IMG/VR virus record: IMGVR_UViG_3300034103_001442
Span: 32,001 to 96,000 of that record
DNA: 64,000 nt
Source: a virus
Reading direction: 5' to 3' (one strand)
The notes under the pieces are model-generated. The model ran no database searches, had not been told where the DNA came from, and worked only from the letters and a program-made list of their open reading frames with translations. The position numbers were made by a program, and so were the translations under genes. How positions within the stretch are numbered: position 1 is the stretch's first letter; each line of letters opens with the position of its first letter. Shown here in pieces: positions 53,562 to 62,593 of the stretch.

Positions 53562-54914
53562 ATGGCAAGAGGACTTACACATCCATCAGCGCACATAGGC
53601 AAACCGCTGGTTGATCTGGACACGAAACAAGAATACGTCTATGAGGGGTTTCAGTTCTACTCAGACCTGAAAAAAGTTCCAGGCAATTATTCAATCATAA
53701 AAGAGGTGAACAAATCACCAAGTGTTAAGTCTGCAGCACTTTTTAAATTCAACAAGTCAAATAAAAAATATGGCATCCTGTATTATGCCAGGTCAGTAAC
53801 TTCATCTACTAAAATTAATGCTGGCACTTTCAACATGCAGTACTCTGGGCGTAAGGGTGCTACCGAAAATTTAGGCATTACCTCTGATAAATTGATCAAG
53901 GGTGGTAAAATACAAAACAGAGTGTTGAATGGTTTGCCTGTAAATTGTGCAGTGTTTTCTTCAAAGCGAGAACTGTCAGAGTCAATTTTAAACGGACTCA
54001 AGGGTAACTTGAAAGTTGGTCCACAGGTTTTCGATACCGTCAAAGATTATTTGGGTAGTGATTTAACAAAGTTCAATTGGCAACAGGGTATTCAAGACTC
54101 TGATGTAAACGAACTTGGCAAGTACCTCGGCGAACTTGTTATTGGCGTTTGTGTCCTTGGTAAAAAGTTCAGTCCAGTTTTCAGTGAGAATATTTTTGCG
54201 GGAAAACAAATCAAGGAGTTCATAGTGCCTGATGACCCTTCATTTTCAGGCGTTGACTCAGCATTTGTATTGAATGATGGCACCCTCATTCCAATTTCAT
54301 CTAAACTTGGCGCTGGCGCAAAGGCATCAGTGTTCACCAACCTTTTACCAAAGGTGATGGGAAGTAAAAAGGCAATGGGGGATAGTGTTATCAAACAACT
54401 TGCTGATAGTGCTAAAAAGATCGGTATCAGCATTGAAGATTTAAATGCCAAACGTGGCGCAAAGGACATCGTGTATGAATACGGTGTCCGTAAAATTTTG
54501 AAATTGAGTCAAGTTGAAGTCCCAGACCCATATCAAGTGTTCAGGGACATTAAACAAAACCCAAACAAACTTTCCAAGTCAGCCAAAGCAGTCGTCGATG
54601 CCATTAAGAAAAACCCAAACATCGATGAAAACGTGAAGGCAAAACTACCAATGTCTGTCACCTCTGCTTTTTGTAGAGAAATAGCAAGACGCTTAAATGC
54701 TGATGAAGCCAGTCAAAAGATTGTCACGGAAATTTTAGCTGGCAAAAACTTTTACCAAGCAAACCTTGACTTGATAAAATGGAAAAAAGGAGAAGTCTAT
54801 TTCAAACTTCTCCTTTCTGGCAACGCCAACGTTGGTTTCGTAGGTAACAAAGCGGCTACTGATGACCTTGAAGCGAAACAAGGTCTGGTCAATTACGAGT
54901 TAAAGTATAGTTAA
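53562..54914 (+). CDS. Hypothetical protein, possible PD-(D/E)XK nuclease fold
   Basis: 450 aa; KYLGEL, P.DP.F.GVDS, ISSK.G.GA. Confidence 0.6.
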   Translation: MARGLTHPSAHIGKPLVDLDTKQEYVYEGFQFYSDLKKVPGNYSIIKEVNKSPSVKSAALFKFNKSNKKYGILYYARSVTSSTKINAGTFNMQYSGRKGATENLGITSDKLIKGGKIQNRVLNGLPVNCAVFSSKRELSESILNGLKGNLKVGPQVFDTVKDYLGSDLTKFNWQQGIQDSDVNELGKYLGELVIGVCVLGKKFSPVFSENIFAGKQIKEFIVPDDPSFSGVDSAFVLNDGTLIPISSKLGAGAKASVFTNLLPKVMGSKKAMGDSVIKQLADSAKKIGISIEDLNAKRGAKDIVYEYGVRKILKLSQVEVPDPYQVFRDIKQNPNKLSKSAKAVVDAIKKNPNIDENVKAKLPMSVTSAFCREIARRLNADEASQKIVTEILAGKNFYQANLDLIKWKKGEVYFKLLLSGNANVGFVGNKAATDDLEAKQGLVNYELKYS

Positions 54915-55445
54915 CCAAGGTGGCGGTGGTCTTTTAGTCCACTTATGCAGGTGTGTTTTACCCTGACAATAGTAGTTGCGATAATTCTCAACGGGATCAT
55001 CTGATACAATATACTTCTTGTCCATTGCTGGCGGTGGCTTGGTAAAGTCCCACTCTTTCAAATTCATCGGTGGTGACTGTAAAGCATATGCCAAACCATC
55101 TTGGTCAATCTTATGCTTTTTGCCATAACGGTAAGTATACTCTGTCATCAAGCCATACAAGTGATCAACCAACCAACTATAATTTTCTACCGAACTGCGG
55201 CACCAAACTGCTGATGGGTGATTGATATGCGTGGCTGAATAGAAAGTAAGGTCGCGATGATCATCCAGTCGCCAACGACGAGCCTTGCGACCTGTTGCAG
55301 TGCTACCCTGATATTCGGTGCCATCAATAAGTCTATGCGCAGTGCAAAGCAACTGTGCTGACTCTAGGATCATCTTGACTACATGACGGTCAACCATCCA
55401 TTCGGCTGCTTGCCTTGGATCATTTGAGAGGTAAAATATATTCAT
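54900..55445 (-). CDS. Pyrimidine-dimer DNA glycosylase-like (DenV-related) protein
   Basis: MNIFYL..DP..AA....D.HVVKM.LE.AQLL.TAH, H.NHPS..W, EYT.RYGK.H, P.AM, YR.YY. Confidence 0.8.
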   Translation of the reverse strand: MNIFYLSNDPRQAAEWMVDRHVVKMILESAQLLCTAHRLIDGTEYQGSTATGRKARRWRLDDHRDLTFYSATHINHPSAVWCRSSVENYSWLVDHLYGLMTEYTYRYGKKHKIDQDGLAYALQSPPMNLKEWDFTKPPPAMDKKYIVSDDPVENYRNYYCQGKTHLHKWTKRPPPPWLTIL

Positions 55446-55702
55446 AAAGAGTTTACAAGTTGTCCCTGCATTGGCATTTCGAAAGTTCTATCTTTCTCAT
55501 CCCAAAACTCAGCAATTGCATCTTTGGCAAACTCTAGGGAAACGTACTGTCCGAGGATTAATTCCTCATTGGCTGATACTAGAATTTTAGCACCCCAAAT
55601 AGAGGTATATGCCATATTGTACACTTGACCAATTATCAAGCCATTGCGGACTTGATAATAGTACTGGACGCCTTTATCAACGTCCCGCCACTCACGTCTC
55701 AT
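55442..55702 (-). CDS. Hypothetical protein
   Basis: Coupled 86-aa ORF. Confidence 0.6.
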   Translation of the reverse strand: MRREWRDVDKGVQYYYQVRNGLIIGQVYNMAYTSIWGAKILVSANEELILGQYVSLEFAKDAIAEFWDEKDRTFEMPMQGQLVNSL

Positions 55703-55705
55703 AAT

Positions 55706-56215
55706 TTAATCCCAAAGGTTTTCGTAATATTTACCAAACAAACGGAATGCATTTTTTTTGCGATCATGATATGCTTTCATTTTTACCATATCATAAATTG
55801 GTTCGACAAGAGTTACCCTTTCAGTCCAGTCTTCGCCTTCTTTTTTCACCCACTTGTATTTACCTTTCTTGATGCAAAAATTTGGGTCACGGTTTTTGGC
55901 AAGTTCGCCAAATGCCCAAATCATCTCGCCAAGAATCCAGTCCCAACGCTTGAAGTGGTTGGAGTCTGTGTCCCATTCATTTTTCTTTGGCTTGGCTGCA
56001 GTTGAACGCAGATGTTCAGGAACATCTTCATCATCAGTGTAAGGTGCTCCATGCGCAGTTTTCTTCAACTGTTTGAGCATTGGATAAATGATATCAGAAA
56101 GAGTGTGAGCCATGTCCCAAGTGTCCCATGGATCAATATGAATAAACTTTTTTTGATCACCCTTCTTTGGGTATTTGCGAATTGTTACTTTCATTTTGTT
56201 TTTTCGTGCAGCCAT
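55706..56215 (-). CDS. Conserved phage hypothetical protein
   Basis: ID.WDTW.M..TL..II.PML.QL, HGAP..D.EDVP, RWDW.L.EMI.AF, FRLFGKYY..LWD. Confidence 0.8.
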   Translation of the reverse strand: MAARKNKMKVTIRKYPKKGDQKKFIHIDPWDTWDMAHTLSDIIYPMLKQLKKTAHGAPYTDDEDVPEHLRSTAAKPKKNEWDTDSNHFKRWDWILGEMIWAFGELAKNRDPNFCIKKGKYKWVKKEGEDWTERVTLVEPIYDMVKMKAYHDRKKNAFRLFGKYYENLWD

Positions 56216-56296
56216 TCAGCCGCTTCACAAAGAAACTTCACCAAAAAAATAATACCAAGAAAAAGTGCACCTGTTAAAAGCAAACCCAATGTCAAA

Positions 56297-56566
56297 TCAG
56301 TTATCATTTTTCGTTACTGGACTGATGTCAACATCAAATGTTCTTACTTCGACAGTTTCGTAGTAACCCTGACTCCAAAGTTTTTGGGCTCTGCTTTTGG
56401 CATCCAAATACTCAACGTGAACGCTGTCATCAAACCACCACCAACGGTCGAAAAACCATTGAGGCTCACGGCGATACTCAACGTACCACTTGCCGCTGTA
56501 TTTGGTAACTTTGACTTTAAGTATTGGGTGTTTCTTTAAATAAAACCCAGAGTCGTTGATGTCCAT
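56297..56566 (-). CDS. Hypothetical protein
   Basis: 89-aa Trp-rich ORF. Confidence 0.55.
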   Translation of the reverse strand: MDINDSGFYLKKHPILKVKVTKYSGKWYVEYRREPQWFFDRWWWFDDSVHVEYLDAKSRAQKLWSQGYYETVEVRTFDVDISPVTKNDN

Positions 56567-56598
56567 ATTATACCACTTTTACCAGATCTTGTATATAT

Positions 56599-56862
56599 TT
56601 AAGCGAAAAGGTATCTCAAGATTCCAGCAAATAAAATGACCCCAAGGGTGCCATTCAGCACCATGATTGCTCGGTCATTCCATTTCCAGCCGACATAAAA
56701 CCAGCCGACAACACCAAGCCAACTAAAGAAAATGTCATAGATGAGGAGTTCAATCACACCGCTCGAGCGAAAAGTCACAGCAATCAAAACAAAAATGCTC
56801 GAGACCCACTTGATATACCAAGTGGCATCATATTTCGGTGTGACTGATTCCATTGTACTCAT
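56599..56862 (-). CDS. Small three-TM membrane protein
   Basis: WY.KW.SS, G..GW..VG..W.DRA...LN. Confidence 0.7.
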   Translation of the reverse strand: MSTMESVTPKYDATWYIKWVSSIFVLIAVTFRSSGVIELLIYDIFFSWLGVVGWFYVGWKWNDRAIMVLNGTLGVILFAGILRYLFA

Positions 56863-57053
56863 CTTACATCATCCCTCTGCTTTCTGTAGTTGAGTATAGT
56901 GACCGCATCATTGATTTGGTCAAGGTACTTACACTCAGCAGTGTAGTTGAAGCCAGCCATGTTGTTGGCTGCATCCCGCGCATCCTTAATGATATACAGG
57001 AGTTCTTCGTTTGTTTTACCGTGATATGGATGTCCATCGAGAATTTTAGACAT
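56859..57053 (-). CDS. Hypothetical protein
   Basis: EL.YIIKDA..AA, KY.DQ.NDA.T.L; ATG at 57053. Confidence 0.65.
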   Translation of the reverse strand: MSKILDGHPYHGKTNEELLYIIKDARDAANNMAGFNYTAECKYLDQINDAVTILNYRKQRDDVR

Positions 57054-57399
57054 TGTTAACACCTCGAACAAGTGGGGCAACCCCAGACTTAATTTCTTCC
57101 AAAGCATTATCCAGCAAACGGTCGCCGATTTCTTCGAGCACTCGTTTGCCATTTGGCACAAGGTAAAGACCCTTCCACTGTATCCCAACTGACTTGGCGA
57201 GTGAACTCATGGAAAAGTAATTCGGCTTGTCACCGTCATTGAACAAACGGTAGTACATATTTTGGTACTTGCGCCACTTGTCCATTTTCGGAGTTGAGCA
57301 CTTGTCATAGTAGGGGATATACTTATCCGCAACTGCCACTTCTTCTTCGCGGCGACCAGCCCAAAACGTTTCGGGGAATTTCAAATCTTGCTGAACCAT
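57046..57399 (-). CDS. Hypothetical early protein
   Basis: YYRLFNDG motif; ATG at 57399 after AGGA. Confidence 0.65.
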   Translation of the reverse strand: MVQQDLKFPETFWAGRREEEVAVADKYIPYYDKCSTPKMDKWRKYQNMYYRLFNDGDKPNYFSMSSLAKSVGIQWKGLYLVPNGKRVLEEIGDRLLDNALEEIKSGVAPLVRGVNNV

Positions 57400-57431
57400 C
57401 TTTATTTTCCTAATTACCAAACTATAGATCA

Positions 57432-57460
57432 AGTATAGGTTATTTCAGAAATAAAATAAA
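57432..57460 (-). promoter_or_regulatory. Early promoter
   Basis: TTTATT-TTATTTCTGAAATAACC-TATACT. Confidence 0.85.
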
Positions 57461-57470
57461 GTCTTTTTTT

Positions 57471-57509
57471 AAAAAAACGGCGAGCCTCTTTTCAGAAACT
57501 CGCCGTTTT
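57471..57509 (-). terminator. Rho-independent terminator
   Basis: AAAACGGCGAG ... CTCGCCGTTTT hairpin with T run. Confidence 0.8.
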
Positions 57510-57511
57510 CA

Positions 57512-57919
57512 TTAGGCTACGCGAGTAACGGTAACAAACCCACGACCAACCTTACGCGAGAACCGCGCACCAGTGATCTTGCTAACGTACTTCATAGCAT
57601 TGACCACCTTACGCACAGTCTTGCGCTTGGAGTATCGGTTATCAGCACTTGTCTTAAACGACACCACCGAGCCAACACCCTGATTCTTCGCTAGAAGAAT
57701 TTGGCGAGTGAAACCACTTCGACGACGACCACGCTCACCGATAAAATTCGGATCAGCAAGTTCCGCAGTTACAGTTTCAGCCACCACTTCAGTTACAAGT
57801 CCCTCGAGAACTCGGACTTCCTGGAGGAGTTTCGAATAAGACTTCTGTGCTCCTTCAATGACCGACTCAAGATGAACCAACTGCTCACGCTTCACGTTCA
57901 AAATATTCTGCAAATTCAT
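57512..57919 (-). CDS. Basic early protein (coiled coil plus Arg/Lys-rich domain)
   Basis: Has its own promoter and terminator; GGAG SD before ATG at 57919. Confidence 0.7.
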   Translation of the reverse strand: MNLQNILNVKREQLVHLESVIEGAQKSYSKLLQEVRVLEGLVTEVVAETVTAELADPNFIGERGRRRSGFTRQILLAKNQGVGSVVSFKTSADNRYSKRKTVRKVVNAMKYVSKITGARFSRKVGRGFVTVTRVA

Positions 57920-57971
57920 ATCAACATCTCCATTACAAAAGTTACTAAACAATTAATCAACCAACTAAACC

Positions 57972-58000
57972 AGTATACGTTTTTTCAGAAATAAAATAAA
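57972..58000 (-). promoter_or_regulatory. Early promoter
   Basis: TTTATT-TTATTTCTGAAAAAACG-TATACT, identical to the copy at 20525. Confidence 0.85.
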
Positions 58001-58007
58001 GTCTTTT

Positions 58008-58262
58008 TTATTCCTCCTTTTGCGCCCCAACCTTCCGCAAAAGTTCGTATCGCTCGCTGCTGAATTGTTCAAACATTCGCCAAAGTTTATCAAACTTCGC
58101 CTCATACAATGTTTCAATTCCAATCAGCATGTTAGCAACCTTATCATCATGACCCTTTTCCAGCGGCGCATCAAGCATAAACTCACTGACAGTTTTAATA
58201 TCAGAGGTCACGCGCCAGCATTCCATAATCTGTTGTTCAAAATCGAATTGATCGTACTTCAT
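58008..58262 (-). CDS. Hypothetical protein
   Basis: FD.EQQIM.CW.V..DI, N.L.G...LY..KF..LW..FE. Confidence 0.7.
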   Translation of the reverse strand: MKYDQFDFEQQIMECWRVTSDIKTVSEFMLDAPLEKGHDDKVANMLIGIETLYEAKFDKLWRMFEQFSSERYELLRKVGAQKEE

Positions 58263-58263
58263 A

Positions 58264-58581
58264 TTAACCTCTACGCATCCGCGAAATATCTTTCATTTGT
58301 TCATCGTTAATAACTGGCACTGCGTTTGACTTATGCATTGTTGCAATGCCCTTAATCAAAGTGCCAGTATACTTCAGTGACTCTTTACGAGTGGTTGAAG
58401 ATAGGTCACTGGTCAATGACTCGAGGCGACTCGCCTGATCAGAGCCAGGACGTAGGTATGACACTGCTGAAAGTTTCAGGGTGCTGGTAATCTTATCAGT
58501 TCTCTGATACTTTTGGGCAATGACACCTTTCAACTTACGCTTTTTTTTCGGTTTGAACCGAGTAGCGCAATACACCATCAT
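58264..58581 (-). CDS. Conserved phage hypothetical protein
   Basis: YTG.L.KGIATMHKSNAVPV......DI..MRR. Confidence 0.75.
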   Translation of the reverse strand: MMVYCATRFKPKKKRKLKGVIAQKYQRTDKITSTLKLSAVSYLRPGSDQASRLESLTSDLSSTTRKESLKYTGTLIKGIATMHKSNAVPVINDEQMKDISRMRRG

Positions 58582-58775
58582 GGACTGGGATACCTCTCAT
58601 TGTGAGAACGGTAAAAGGAATTAATTTTACCAATCTCACGGGACATTTCAATTACAAAGTCGTGAATGTCTTCCTCATTTCGAGAAATGTCATTCAACTT
58701 ATGAACAAACTCGCGCAGCACGCGAATTTCTTCCATAGTGCCTCGCGGCATAACTTCAAAATCACCTTCACTCAT
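58578..58775 (-). CDS. Hypothetical early protein
   Basis: 65 aa; behind an early promoter. Confidence 0.6.
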   Translation of the reverse strand: MSEGDFEVMPRGTMEEIRVLREFVHKLNDISRNEEDIHDFVIEMSREIGKINSFYRSHNERYPSP

Positions 58776-58784
58776 ATAGTCTCC

Positions 58785-58813
58785 AGTATACGCGTTATAA
58801 GAAAAAAAGAAAA
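58785..58813 (-). promoter_or_regulatory. Early promoter variant
   Basis: TTTTCT-17 nt-TATACT. Confidence 0.7.
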
Positions 58814-58814
58814 G

Positions 58815-59000
58815 TTATTCGTTGTTTTGAAAATCTTCAAAGTGAAACCACTCACAAATCTCATTCAGAACTGCTCGCTCAATCTGTTCGCGAACATGAT
58901 GATCTTCTGGTTGATCAGTATGCTTGTGTGCACGATTCCAGCCAAGCATAACGCCAGTCTCAACACACTGAGCAATTAGATTGTATTCTTTTGCTTTCAT
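58815..59000 (-). CDS. Hypothetical protein
   Basis: CVE.G...GW.RAHKH...P, I..AV..EICEWF.F; ATG at 59000. Confidence 0.65.
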   Translation of the reverse strand: MKAKEYNLIAQCVETGVMLGWNRAHKHTDQPEDHHVREQIERAVLNEICEWFHFEDFQNNE

Positions 59001-59162
59001 TTTACAACCTCCCAGCACTTGGCAACTGCATCTTTGTGAATCATCGTTGAGTTGGCTTCGAGGCAATTGCTATAGATTCTTTTCTCTGTAAGAGTAAACC
59101 CAAGCAGATACCCCAAAACAAATAAAATTAACGCTACCACAAAAATTGGCATTGCATTATCA

Positions 59163-59459
59163 TCATTCATATGTCATCTCCCATCTTGGCGTTCTATGCC
59201 AAACGATTTTTGAATTTGTTTTTTCATACTGCTCAACCAACTGCTGCAATGTCCACACAGCATCAGTCTCAACAGTTTCGAGCCAATCGCTGAATTTGTT
59301 ATAATCATCTGCCTTCATTATTGGCAAACCGATTTCTTCTGGATAACTCCAATCGCCACCATACATGTCGATACGACCACCAGCCCAATCACTGCCATGC
59401 TCTTTGATCCAATCCATATTGATCGGACCCATATAGTTGGTGCTGTAATGAATAGGCAT
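59163..59459 (-). CDS. Hypothetical protein
   Basis: 98-aa ORF in the early array. Confidence 0.6.
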   Translation of the reverse strand: MPIHYSTNYMGPINMDWIKEHGSDWAGGRIDMYGGDWSYPEEIGLPIMKADDYNKFSDWLETVETDAVWTLQQLVEQYEKTNSKIVWHRTPRWEMTYE

Positions 59460-59603
59460 TACTCTATCTCTACTCCCATCGCATCAGCAATGCTTGTATA
59501 GATAAGTGCGAACATCATAAACACTACAAGCAGTGGAACAACCACAATTAGCCAAACAGGAAATGTGATTGTAAGAACTCCAGCAAGAATCTTCTTCTGT
59601 TTG

Positions 59604-59846
59604 TTAGTCATTGCCTTCACCATAATACTTCAACACAGTCTTGAATGCATCGATGTGTCGCTTGATCTCAGCAATGTCTTTCTTCTTGTTTGTGTCAAAG
59701 ATGGCAATCCACTCTTTGCCCTTCTTCCGTTTCTCAAGATCAACTTCAAGATTCTCAACAAGACTCTTCATTGAAGAAGTTGTAATCTTGTCAATTGTAT
59801 CCCAATCAAGTTCAACTGTGATTTTCTTGTCCATTTTCATCTCCAA
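59604..59846 (-). CDS. Hypothetical protein
   Basis: 80-aa ORF in the early array. Confidence 0.6.
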   Translation of the reverse strand: MEMKMDKKITVELDWDTIDKITTSSMKSLVENLEVDLEKRKKGKEWIAIFDTNKKKDIAEIKRHIDAFKTVLKYYGEGND

Positions 59847-59948
59847 AAAATACGAATCATGATTGGTCCAATGCGAATGTCACGATAAGGATTGCCATTG
59901 TTGAATCGCACAGTTGATCCGAATGACCAATGCTTGACCCAATGAATA

Positions 59949-60398
59949 TCAACCTTCACCATAGGTCTCAAACTCAAACTCACCATCGACAACAGTCACC
60001 TTGACCAACTTGCCATCAGCACCACCGCTTGTGCGCAAATAGTCACGACCACCATCAATCATGTATGGTCCTTTAGTAACATAATCATGTCGAAAACGAC
60101 TCACAAGAACCTCACCATCTTCTGTCAACAAGCCTGTGATTGGTTCACTGAATGCACTTGCAGCATCAGTGATCATCACTTGTCCCTTGTAGGGACGAAA
60201 CATTCCAAAGTAATGCGAGTGACCTTTGCTCACATCAGGATTCGGTTGATAAAAAACATCAACAGGTGTGTCTGACCAACCAGACTCAAGTCTGATTGCC
60301 CAGTATCCCATATACTTGGCACCATATTGTTTTTCGATAACAGCAATTGCGTCAGGGCTGAAATAGAAACTGGGCGTCTTGATAAACATTGTGCTCAT
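59949..60398 (-). CDS. Hypothetical phage protein
   Basis: SR.RHDY, IDGGRDY.R. Confidence 0.7.
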   Translation of the reverse strand: MSTMFIKTPSFYFSPDAIAVIEKQYGAKYMGYWAIRLESGWSDTPVDVFYQPNPDVSKGHSHYFGMFRPYKGQVMITDAASAFSEPITGLLTEDGEVLVSRFRHDYVTKGPYMIDGGRDYLRTSGGADGKLVKVTVVDGEFEFETYGEG

Positions 60399-60404
60399 AG
60401 ATCA

Positions 60405-60433
60405 ATTATAATCTAACAATAATAAAAAGTAAA
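60405..60433 (-). promoter_or_regulatory. Early promoter, leaderless
   Basis: TTTACT-17 nt-TATAAT, then 6 nt to ATG at 60398. Confidence 0.75.
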
Positions 60434-60443
60434 GCAATTTTTG

Positions 60444-60833
60444 CTAACTAAATTCTCTTGAACAGAACGAATAACCTTCTGGATCATCCCAATCCCACTC
60501 TGGATTGAACCAGCCTTCCTTGCGACCTTCTTCGTTGTGAACCTTCACTTTGTAACCTTGTGGGTGATACTCATTTACCACCACATAACCTGGTCTGCCA
60601 TAAATTTCTATCAATTCAACAAACTTATCAAATGGAACCGTACCACCATACTCATCGTAGATAATTTTGTCAACAAGATACTCTTTCCACTTTTGCCAAG
60701 TGGTCAAACCATCATACTTGTAACCATGGAATGAGAATGCCCAGCCATATGAATTCTTGCCGATGTGATACTTCTCATCGTATCGCTTACAGCATTCGCA
60801 AACATTGTCAACAACATAATAATTAGTGCCCAT
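60444..60833 (-). CDS. Hypothetical phage protein
   Basis: MGTNYY, C.CC, HIGK.S.GW.F, I.DEYG, D.EGY.F. Confidence 0.7.
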   Translation of the reverse strand: MGTNYYVVDNVCECCKRYDEKYHIGKNSYGWAFSFHGYKYDGLTTWQKWKEYLVDKIIYDEYGGTVPFDKFVELIEIYGRPGYVVVNEYHPQGYKVKVHNEEGRKEGWFNPEWDWDDPEGYSFCSREFS

Positions 60834-61243
60834 TATTCAACTCCTTGTTCGTATTTGCCTTTGTTTTTTACACTGCACATTTCTCTGTTCATAACATCTT
60901 CAATGAACTTTTGATTGATACGCTTGATATGATACGCAAATCTGCCACCAAAGTAAACACAATACTCTCCCAAATAATTACTTCGCAACACGATAGTGTA
61001 TGCGCTGGTTATGGCTTGACCACCAAGACCACCAAACCCCAGTGCTGTGGAACTCCAGGTTTGACTGAACATGGCATAGACTTCAATATCACGATCACTA
61101 TGCTTGCGAGTTTTGGTAACTCTTTTGTTTTCTCCAGTTTTACCGAAATGTTCCCAATCACGGTCCTCGTATTCAATCAGAGGAAACCCCTCGTACATCG
61201 CATGAGCAATAGCATTAGATAAATTCTGTACTGCGTATTCCAT
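60833..61243 (-). CDS. Hypothetical phage protein
   Basis: F.Q.W.STALGFGG.GGQA.T.AYT, VYFGG.FAY. Confidence 0.7.
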   Translation of the reverse strand: MEYAVQNLSNAIAHAMYEGFPLIEYEDRDWEHFGKTGENKRVTKTRKHSDRDIEVYAMFSQTWSSTALGFGGLGGQAITSAYTIVLRSNYLGEYCVYFGGRFAYHIKRINQKFIEDVMNREMCSVKNKGKYEQGVE

Positions 61244-61461
61244 TATTCAACTCCCACAACTTTGAATTCTTGATTCTCACGTTTGAACTGGTTTGCAGCA
61301 TGCTGTGCTGCTTCTTCTGTAGTGAAGAAGTAATCCTTCAGCCACATTTCCCAGTCAGACCATTCGATATGCGACTTGAAGAAGCAACCGTTGTAGCAGC
61401 GTCTTTGTGGGTCGTCGTTGATCAATTGACCACGACGGATGTATAAAGTATATTTCATCAC
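61243..61461 (-). CDS. Hypothetical protein
   Basis: N.DPQRRCYNGC. Confidence 0.65.
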   Translation of the reverse strand: MMKYTLYIRRGQLINDDPQRRCYNGCFFKSHIEWSDWEMWLKDYFFTTEEAAQHAANQFKRENQEFKVVGVE

Positions 61462-61703
61462 TTAACTCCAAAATGCTTTTTCAAATCCTCAACACAACGA
61501 CGGACTTCAAAGTCCTCACGATTGTTATCACCCATGTATCGTTTGTTAACTACACCGATACATTCTTGAACAATCAACTCAGCGAACTTTTCCAATCCTG
61601 GTGAAATCATTATTTCTATTGGACCACCAACCCATAGTTGGTCTTTAATTGGCTCATATGCAAATCCAGCCTGTAGAGCAAGTTCTTTAATTCGTTCGTT
61701 CAT
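61458..61703 (-). CDS. Small phage protein (MNERIKELA...KHFGV type)
   Basis: MNERIKELA.QAG, EKFAELIV.EC, KHFGV. Confidence 0.7.
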   Translation of the reverse strand: MNERIKELALQAGFAYEPIKDQLWVGGPIEIMISPGLEKFAELIVQECIGVVNKRYMGDNNREDFEVRRCVEDLKKHFGVK

Positions 61704-61706
61704 TCT

Positions 61707-62066
61707 TCAACTCCGATAAGTCTGTTCTGTTTCACGAATCCAGAACGCAGCATCTTCGGACTCAGAATCCCAAGAAGAATCTGCATCATACTGACGCAAC
61801 AATTGCTCCGTCGTTTGCAGATCATCCAAGTAACCACGACCGAACTGCGCAAGACGACCCTGCACATCTTCGCATGCAAAGTCAGAATCCCAATCGAACT
61901 CTGCTTGAAATGCATCGCAATAATCGCAAGAACCGAATGCGCCTTGCACCCAGCCACGCTGACCTTGGTACTCGACCAAAGCAACCCATGAGCCTTGCCA
62001 GTCACCAAACTCCTGAAACGCGATCACTCGCGCACCAGCAGCAACCAATGAATCTTGATATGACAT
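61707..62066 (-). CDS. Hypothetical early protein
   Basis: FGDWQG.W, G.FGSC..CDAF; behind an early promoter. Confidence 0.7.
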   Translation of the reverse strand: MSYQDSLVAAGARVIAFQEFGDWQGSWVALVEYQGQRGWVQGAFGSCDYCDAFQAEFDWDSDFACEDVQGRLAQFGRGYLDDLQTTEQLLRQYDADSSWDSESEDAAFWIRETEQTYRS

Positions 62067-62072
62067 ATTAAG

Positions 62073-62101
62073 AATATACCCTACCTTGAAAATAAAATAA
62101 A
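62073..62101 (-). promoter_or_regulatory. Early promoter, leaderless
   Basis: TTTATT-17 nt-TATATT, then 6 nt to ATG at 62066. Confidence 0.75.
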
Positions 62102-62102
62102 G

Positions 62103-62357
62103 TTAGGCAACCACCTGAATGCGCGGCTCAATCCACTCGTCGTCGAACATGTGCTGACCAGGAAGGGGAGCAACGAAAGTGTCAGACCAGAACCTCTCTT
62201 CAACCTTACCCTCCCACACACGCTTGATCTTGTTGGCGCGGAAAGTGCCATCAGGAAGAATGGCAGTCACGAGACCGACATAATAACAATCCGTCGTGCT
62301 CGGAAAATCGAGCGACTTCACGACGGAACCTACTTCAACAGTGTTTTCAGTTTTCAT
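62103..62357 (-). CDS. Hypothetical early protein
   Basis: VG..V.S.DF....DCY..G.V. Confidence 0.7.
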   Translation of the reverse strand: MKTENTVEVGSVVKSLDFPSTTDCYYVGLVTAILPDGTFRANKIKRVWEGKVEERFWSDTFVAPLPGQHMFDDEWIEPRIQVVA

Positions 62358-62363
62358 ATTATC

Positions 62364-62392
62364 AGTATAGGTTATTTCAGAAATAAAGAAAA
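62364..62392 (-). promoter_or_regulatory. Early promoter, leaderless
   Basis: TTTTCT-TTATTTCTGAAATAACC-TATACT, then 6 nt to ATG at 62357. Confidence 0.85.
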
Positions 62393-62430
62393 GTCTTTTA
62401 TTTTAATAAGAATCAATGAGTTACAGGCAT

Positions 62431-62457
62431 AAAAAAAGGGTGCCCTTTCGGACACCC
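62431..62457 (-). terminator. Rho-independent terminator
   Basis: GGGTGTCC-GAAA-GGGCACCC-TTTTTTT. Confidence 0.88.
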
Positions 62458-62588
62458 TCCCACGATGCGTGTATCGAGAGGAACCCCACCTGCTGAGAAC
62501 CAGCTGCCTCGACTGTTCCAATCGTCTCTAACGAGACACTTGCCACTTTACGGACTCTAGAAACCGTAACCCACGCACCACATTGTGT
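62431..62588 (-). ncRNA. Putative late-expressed structured small RNA, family unknown
   Basis: GC-rich segment with no convincing ORF, between a TATAAATA promoter (62594-62601) and a terminator; several hairpins inside a closing stem. Confidence 0.6.
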
Positions 62589-62593
62589 AGTCT

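Noticed and set aside
61700-62008. Alternative-frame 102-aa ORF ending GVEE
   Set aside because: It overlaps 61707-62066, which has the promoter-linked ATG and a more plausible sequence; the GVEE ending comes from the junction motif
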